From: Escherichia phage LL5
Direction: 5' to 3' (one strand)
Sequence record: NC_047985.1
Length of the DNA: 49,788 nt
Shown: in pieces, positions 45,360 to 49,788 of the stretch
How the letters are laid out: each line of letters opens with the position of its first letter
Position numbering within the stretch: position 1 is the first letter of the stretch
The notes under the pieces: model-generated
Database searches by the model: none
What the model saw: only the letters and a program-made list of their open reading frames with translations
What the model was told of the DNA's origin: nothing
Position numbers and translations under genes: made by a program

Positions 45360-45411
45360 CTAAAAATCTCCTTCTTGTTGCCGCTAATTATAACGGCAAC
45401 ATTCTACAGCC

Positions 45412-45432
45412 TTTTAGCAATTCGTGCTATTT
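45412..45432 (-). promoter_or_regulatory. conserved box copy 11 (- strand AAATAGCACGAATTGCTAAAA)
   Basis: TAG is stop of ORF 45427-45675; hairpin 45377-45400 follows; 71 nt upstream of ATG 45359. Confidence 0.7.
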
Positions 45433-45675
45433 GATCGGCTCAACCCTGGCTAATAACTTTCCGTCTATAATGCTATGACATTCAAGAGTTTTAGGATCGA
45501 ACGCAAGCGAACGATGGAACGTATGACCAATCAGCAAATATGAATGCTTATCCCTGATGCGATATACCGTTTCACCTTCATTTAATGACGATATCGCACT
45601 AAAAACAACCTTGTAACGGTATTTTTGCATGGCCTCAGAACGGTGAGGGATGTAGTCTTTTTCCGGTAGGATCAT
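45427..45675 (-). CDS. hypothetical protein (82 aa)
   Basis: ORF; stop inside box. Confidence 0.45.
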   Translation of the reverse strand: MILPEKDYIPHRSEAMQKYRYKVVFSAISSLNEGETVYRIRDKHSYLLIGHTFHRSLAFDPKTLECHSIIDGKLLARVEPIK

Positions 45676-46061
45676 GAATATTTAGCCTCAAACAGATAAG
45701 CGCCGCCAGCGGCTGAAAATCCAACTTCTTCCCTATACAGCGTGAAACGATCGCCGTTTTCGTCGAATACGTATCCAGCAACAGCACCTAACACGCGGCC
45801 TTGCTCGATCTGGTAACGCTTATCGGCTTTGAAAGTTTTCTTGATCTGCATGGAGTGATTTACCCATGTGCATTTAATGGTTTTGGTCTTAACGTGGCGA
45901 TAGCCTGGCTCATAAGCATCACACCATTTTGAACCTTTCGCCAACTCGCGAACCTGGAATACCTCCATTTCAACAACTTCACCGCTATCATTAAAAGGAA
46001 CCATTACCGCTTTAAAGCGAGCATTCATTAGTTTGTTGTCAGAGTTGCGAATTACTTTCAT
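45672..46061 (-). CDS. hypothetical protein (129 aa)
   Basis: GGAG SD before first ATG (46061). Confidence 0.5.
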   Translation of the reverse strand: MKVIRNSDNKLMNARFKAVMVPFNDSGEVVEMEVFQVRELAKGSKWCDAYEPGYRHVKTKTIKCTWVNHSMQIKKTFKADKRYQIEQGRVLGAVAGYVFDENGDRFTLYREEVGFSAAGGAYLFEAKYS

Positions 46062-46062
46062 T

Positions 46063-46257
46063 TTATTTCTCCACAATTTCAAATTTAGCAACAGTGCCGC
46101 AACAAGTATCCATTACAAGATTTTTATCTAACTGGATTTTTGCCCTTCCATATTTAACCAACACTTTACCGTTATCATCAATCCATCCTTTGTGTATGTA
46201 GTCAACCGTATAACTTTTTGCGCGGCTGGCTACGCATTTCAACTTTATAGGCTTCAT
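46063..46257 (-). CDS. hypothetical protein (64 aa)
   Basis: AGGAGG SD before ATG 46257. Confidence 0.45.
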   Translation of the reverse strand: MKPIKLKCVASRAKSYTVDYIHKGWIDDNGKVLVKYGRAKIQLDKNLVMDTCCGTVAKFEIVEK

Positions 46258-46301
46258 TGTTTCCTCCTGTTGTCTGTAATGTAACAAACCCGCCGTAGCG
46301 G

Positions 46302-46323
46302 GTTTTAACATTTTGTGCTATTT
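46302..46323 (-). promoter_or_regulatory. conserved box copy 12 (- strand AAATAGCACAAAATGTTAAAAC)
   Basis: TAG is stop of the C5-MTase-like gene; followed by CCCGCTACGGCGGG hairpin plus TTTG; 63 nt upstream of ATG 46257. Confidence 0.7.
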
Positions 46324-47013
46324 CTGATTTGCAAGGCAGATCGCCAGGGCGAAGCCGCGAGGGGTGAGAGAGCGGATCAGTTTTGTGCGCTTAGACTTGC
46401 CTCCCAACTTCTGCCAGCCTGGATTGTTGTTCCCTGTTGGCAATACTGCGTTTGTATCCGGCATCACAAAACCGTTACCCGTCCAAAGGCAAGTTTTTTT
46501 GGTGTACGCATCGCGAGCAGGAATGATTTCAGGAAAGTGAGGATGCTTATCATCTTCCGGCAACAGACCGCCAAACGCGCAAGGATGAAAGATAAAATCA
46601 GGTTGCCGCCACATCGACGACAGGACGCTAACAGGATTCTCGATCATGTATGGCGCATTGAACCAATCCGCAATTTCAGCCGCAATCTTGCATGTTGAAA
46701 CGGCCTTATCCTGGAATAGCGGATCACGTTCACGCTTTGCGGCAAAGTGACGCGAACCGCTAACAGCTAAATCAGTGCAGGGAGGAAATGCAATTACAAA
46801 ATCAGGCTTTCCGTAAACCTCATTGCGAGCCTTAAAGCTGAAATCTGAATCAATCCAAACGTTTACATACTCAATGTTGGGATGACTTACCCGCACTGAA
46901 TGGTAATCACCATGATCGGCATCATCATAATTGAAACAGATTACTTTGTTACCACGTTCAGCCCACGGCAAAGCGGCATAACCTGAACCATCAAAAAGAG
47001 AGAAAATCAACAT
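46318..47013 (-). CDS. DNA (cytosine-5)-methyltransferase-like protein, unusually compact (231 aa)
   Basis: motif I-like FSLFDGSGYAALPW, motif IV-like FPPCTDLAVSG, ENV-like MIENPV; no room for a normal target-recognition domain. Confidence 0.6.
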   Translation of the reverse strand: MLIFSLFDGSGYAALPWAERGNKVICFNYDDADHGDYHSVRVSHPNIEYVNVWIDSDFSFKARNEVYGKPDFVIAFPPCTDLAVSGSRHFAAKRERDPLFQDKAVSTCKIAAEIADWFNAPYMIENPVSVLSSMWRQPDFIFHPCAFGGLLPEDDKHPHFPEIIPARDAYTKKTCLWTGNGFVMPDTNAVLPTGNNNPGWQKLGGKSKRTKLIRSLTPRGFALAICLANQK

Positions 47014-47120
47014 GTTTAAATCCTTTGTGTATGACCTTGTAAGGAGTTTTGTTTAGTGGTGTCGCAATTGTATTAGTTGCAGCCTGAAATCGCCACGCGA
47101 TGCGAAACAGGCCGCAAATT

Positions 47121-47198
47121 TTACTTACAGAACGGGCAGGTAGTTTTATCTCCGCTACCGCCGTGACGTGGACAGCAAATTTTTTCGATTGGAGTCAT
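47121..47198 (-). CDS. small zinc-ribbon peptide (25 aa, putative)
   Basis: GAGGA SD; CCPRH...CPFC. Confidence 0.3.
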   Translation of the reverse strand: MTPIEKICCPRHGGSGDKTTCPFCK

Positions 47199-47208
47199 GA
47201 TAAAATCC

Positions 47209-47448
47209 TCAAAATGGAAAACATCTTTTGCAAGATGGGTCGAAGTTACAATCGCAATCATTAACAATCGCGTTAGGATCAGCAAGCATAAAGCCGCTTT
47301 CATGGTTCATATCCATAGCGCCTAATGCATCATCAAGCGTCATTTCAAGATACGCAACTTTTAAAGCATACTCGCGATTTAATCCAGCTTGTTCAGCCTC
47401 ATGCAGTCGAGCAAAAAACGGATCATCATATTTCTTTGCGTCAACCAT
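47209..47448 (-). CDS. hypothetical protein (79 aa)
   Basis: GGAG SD 9 nt before ATG 47448. Confidence 0.45.
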   Translation of the reverse strand: MVDAKKYDDPFFARLHEAEQAGLNREYALKVAYLEMTLDDALGAMDMNHESGFMLADPNAIVNDCDCNFDPSCKRCFPF

Positions 47449-47453
47449 CTTTA

Positions 47454-47675
47454 TTAACTCCACTTTTCAATAAACATAGAAAGGTCATCAATTAGCGCGT
47501 AAACGTCAGCCTCAGTAAAGCGGCGAATCTTACCGCCTGGATGTTCTCCAACAGCGTAACCAGTTTTTACGCGGGTAATCGTTAACTGATGGAATCCAGA
47601 AGCGCGATCCATTTTCAAAACTACTTTCCCGTGAGCTTTGACAATGTTCATGATGGATTCAGTTTTCAGTTTCAT
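47454..47675 (-). CDS. hypothetical protein (73 aa)
   Basis: ORF 74 nt downstream of box copy 13. Confidence 0.45.
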   Translation of the reverse strand: MKLKTESIMNIVKAHGKVVLKMDRASGFHQLTITRVKTGYAVGEHPGGKIRRFTEADVYALIDDLSMFIEKWS

Positions 47676-47731
47676 TTTTGATTCTCAATTTTGTTTGTGT
47701 GAAAGTATGATACCAATCAGAGCGATATAGT

Positions 47732-47752
47732 TTTTAACTATTCGTGCTATTT
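47732..47752 (-). promoter_or_regulatory. conserved box copy 13 (- strand AAATAGCACGAATAGTTAAAA)
   Basis: upstream ORF reads through the box in frame (C-terminal NSTNS) and stops at its TAA. Confidence 0.65.
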
Positions 47753-47901
47753 ACAGCGATAAACGGATATCCGGTTAAATCTGCGTTGCGGTATCTGGCA
47801 GACCTTACCCAACAGCCCGACTTACTCATAATCAACGCGTTTTTGTGGCGAAGGTTTACGCGGTAAATCCTTCCTGTTTTGATGTTTTTGAAATAGGTCA
47901 T
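47734..47901 (-). CDS. hypothetical protein (55 aa)
   Basis: GAGG SD; ATG overlaps stop of upstream gene. Confidence 0.4.
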   Translation of the reverse strand: MTYFKNIKTGRIYRVNLRHKNALIMSKSGCWVRSARYRNADLTGYPFIAVNSTNS

Positions 47902-48131
47902 AATTTAACCTCATGATATTCTATGAATTCTTGCACATATGCGCATTCGCGCGGCGACTCCTGGCCTTTTAGAACTTCACAGCCACCATTAAACAGATAG
48001 CAATGCTGGCAAATGTTGCCGCCTACGTTTTCCTAAGCGATCTGAATTCCGGTACACAAACCGCCACCAAACCTATGAGGAAAATCGTAAGCCTGGCAGC
48101 GGCACGTTACTTGATGCCGCTTTCTGGTCAT
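47898..48131 (-). CDS. small Cys-rich protein interrupted by an in-frame TAG (amber) codon
   Basis: ATG overlaps upstream stop; TAG at 48033-48035 after 32 codons; frame continues 44 codons with no start to TGA that overlaps next ATG. Confidence 0.4.
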
Positions 48132-48400
48132 TAAATGTTCTCGCTGATAAATTTGATTACTTCACGAAGATGTTTTTCATCTTTGATAGTTGCTGGCAAT
48201 TCTTCCTTAACTTCTTGTTTCAGGTAAACGTTGCCGTTCCAGGTAAAAGAGCCATCATTGTTAATCAGGTAATAGCAAAGCCATTCGCAATCGTTATCCG
48301 CTTCCCAAATGCAAAGGATATCGCCATTCCCGAAATCCTCAACGCTTAACTTAATGCCACGCTTAACAGCAAAGTTAGTAGTTGTTTTTGATACCATCAT
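48131..48400 (-). CDS. hypothetical protein (89 aa)
   Basis: GGAG SD; 74 nt downstream of box copy 14. Confidence 0.5.
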   Translation of the reverse strand: MMVSKTTTNFAVKRGIKLSVEDFGNGDILCIWEADNDCEWLCYYLINNDGSFTWNGNVYLKQEVKEELPATIKDEKHLREVIKFISENI

Positions 48401-48456
48401 TTTAAATTCTCCGGTTCGTTTCGATGAATGTATTATGCCAAAACAAACCGGATCGC

Positions 48457-48477
48457 TTTTAACAAAAAGTGCTATTT
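48457..48477 (-). promoter_or_regulatory. conserved box copy 14 (- strand AAATAGCACTTTTTGTTAAAA)
   Basis: TAG is stop of ORF 48472-48684; GCATAAT motif in downstream region. Confidence 0.7.
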
Positions 48478-48684
48478 AACAAGTTCGGCCTCAGACCCTA
48501 AAACAAAATTAAAATATCCTTGTATTGGAAAAACATTCTTTTTTACTCCAAACTTCAAAAACTCATCACATGGAACCCTTACAAGGCGACTGCAATTTAA
48601 ATTGCATCCTTTTACTATGATGGGAAAGTTAATTTCACATGCAAAAGAAAAGCCGCCATCATTTAACAATTTATATTGTTTCAT
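48472..48684 (-). CDS. hypothetical Cys-containing protein (70 aa)
   Basis: GGAGAG SD; stop inside box. Confidence 0.45.
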   Translation of the reverse strand: MKQYKLLNDGGFSFACEINFPIIVKGCNLNCSRLVRVPCDEFLKFGVKKNVFPIQGYFNFVLGSEAELVK

Positions 48685-48878
48685 TAATCACTCTCCATGA
48701 CAATTACAGGCTCAAGGCGCTCAAGCACCACTTTGAAATCGGCGTAAAAAGTCGTACGGCGTTCAGTTAATTCTGTGTAGGTATCGGTTGCAAGGCAAGC
48801 GCGATCACCTTCATAGTACACAACGCGGTTACCATTTGCGCGACTGATTGCAACCACGCGGTAAGTGTTCTTGATCAT
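48684..48878 (-). CDS. hypothetical protein (64 aa)
   Basis: GGAG SD. Confidence 0.45.
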   Translation of the reverse strand: MIKNTYRVVAISRANGNRVVYYEGDRACLATDTYTELTERRTTFYADFKVVLERLEPVIVMESD

Positions 48879-49078
48879 TTTACGATCTCCATAACAGTCT
48901 GTGAGTCACCAGCCAGGCAGAAGTAAAACTCATTGACGCGCTGAACGTTCCAGATCAGGCCGCAATGATAGGCCACCATATCTTCAAGATCGATTGTGAT
49001 TACACGGCCTTTCTTGAATGCTGATTTATCCAGTTCTTTATTGCGGCTGATAACTTTAACGTCGATTTGAGTTTCCAT
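48875..49078 (-). CDS. hypothetical protein (67 aa)
   Basis: AGGAGAG SD; 75 nt downstream of box copy 15. Confidence 0.45.
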   Translation of the reverse strand: METQIDVKVISRNKELDKSAFKKGRVITIDLEDMVAYHCGLIWNVQRVNEFYFCLAGDSQTVMEIVK

Positions 49079-49134
49079 CGTTTGACTCTCCTGATTGGTT
49101 GATGTGTGTATTATGCCGGAATCAGATCCGGCAC

Positions 49135-49155
49135 GTTTAACAAAAAGTGCTATTT
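49135..49155 (-). promoter_or_regulatory. conserved box copy 15 (- strand AAATAGCACTTTTTGTTAAAC)
   Basis: TAG is stop of ORF 49150-49428; hairpin GCCGGA/TCCGGC 49115-49132 then GCATAATA. Confidence 0.7.
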
Positions 49156-49428
49156 AGCAAAAGCAATCAAAACTTTGTGGTGAAAATGAACATCAAGTTC
49201 AACGCTTTTGCAGTCATCCGTCATTTTGATACCGTTAAACGCAATGATGATTTCACCGTTTTCTGCGTCGATGTATTGTTCAGTGTTGGCGATGCGATAA
49301 ATGCGACCTACCGCATCCATAGGATCATCAATTTCAAAATAAGCGCATACGGCCTTTTTGAGTAGCGCATCTTTCTTACTGTTGACGGTATCGGCAATCT
49401 GTTTGGTGAATTCTGTAAGCATTGACAT
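49150..49428 (-). CDS. hypothetical protein (92 aa)
   Basis: AGGAG SD before ATG 49428 (track ORF extends to 49470 without SD). Confidence 0.45.
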   Translation of the reverse strand: MSMLTEFTKQIADTVNSKKDALLKKAVCAYFEIDDPMDAVGRIYRIANTEQYIDAENGEIIIAFNGIKMTDDCKSVELDVHFHHKVLIAFAK

Positions 49429-49482
49429 TGTTTTATCTCCTGTTGTTTCGATGTGCTCAATGTAGCGCATTCGTGCTGATTG

Positions 49483-49504
49483 GTTTTAACAAAAAGTGCT
49501 ATTC
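49483..49504 (-). promoter_or_regulatory. conserved box copy 16 (- strand GAATAGCACTTTTTGTTAAAAC)
   Basis: outermost - strand copy, next to the large noncoding region; 73 nt upstream of ATG 49428. Confidence 0.65.
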
Positions 49505-49788
49505 ATGCGATAGACCGATTGGTCTATACCGTTTGGTATAATGAACGCATCGTTTTCTGTATCGAACGCATTCATGATCCTGTTACGTGATCGTTATATG
49601 ATCGGGTGATGATTGATGTGTGAGATTTTGTGATTGAAATTGATTTGATTTGATTAGATTTGAGTAGTGAGTGAGTAGAAATGATTGCACCTTGCCGATT
49701 GCGTGAAAACTTTCCTGCAAAACATCAATCCATGCTCCGCGCGTTTCGTTTTGTTCCTCGTTGTTTTTTGTCAGACCTTCCGCAGTTT

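Noticed and set aside
1-49788. Possible direct terminal repeats (similarity between positions 30-100 and 28880-28950, and repeat-rich window ends)
   Set aside because: The first and last 100 nt of the window are not identical to each other, and the similar segments are internal, about 60 bp and imperfect. This is more consistent with related regulatory regions than with terminal redundancy captured in the window.
1-49788. CRISPR array, integrase, repressor or other lysogeny functions
   Set aside because: No regularly spaced direct repeats with unique spacers, no tyrosine or serine recombinase motifs, and no CI-like repressor were seen; the gene content is that of a strictly lytic phage.

Overview
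The window reads as an essentially complete, very gene-dense genome of a lytic T1-like (Drexlerviridae-type) siphovirus of an enterobacterial host. All calls are from reading the sequence and the six-frame track; no database search was run. Layout: (1) 0.36-8.6 kb, + strand, about 28 small early ORFs with no recognisable function except a HAD-type phosphatase and a separate P-loop kinase. (2) 8.7-28.8 kb, + strand late operon: small and large terminase, portal, Mu-F-like head protein, scaffold-like protein, two tandem paralogous structural genes, major capsid, connector genes, a disrupted tail-terminator-like gene, major tail, G/G-T chaperone, tape measure, and lambda-like M, L, K, I, J tail-tip genes. 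(3) 29.2-31.8 kb: exonuclease, Erf-type annealing protein, SSB. (4) 31.9-36.1 kb, - strand: tail fibre with C-terminal chaperone domain, primase, HTH protein. (5) 36.2-43.3 kb, + strand: SF2 helicase, VRR-NUC nuclease, lipoprotein, N6-adenine methyltransferase, HNH-AP2 homing endonuclease, metallophosphoesterase, holin, endolysin, unimolecular spanin. (6) 43.3-49.5 kb, - strand: P-loop ATPase, a compact cytosine-5 methyltransferase-like gene and many small ORFs. No integrase, repressor, tRNA or CRISPR array was seen. The strongest candidate for something undescribed is a 16-copy, orientation-specific box (AAATAGCAC-N5-TGYTAAAAC, a TAGCA/TGCTA inverted repeat) that sits about 71-77 nt upstream of 13 of 16 start codons (63, 83 and undefined for the others), often contains the upstream gene's stop codon, and in four early copies is followed by a hairpin with a conserved loop and covarying stem. 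Other anomalies: a perfect 131-bp tandem duplication splitting a tail gene, a 14-bp tandem repeat that unframes a start codon, an in-frame amber codon in a small Cys-rich gene, an unusually short C5-methyltransferase-like protein, and hairpin-plus-T-tract elements between most late genes.
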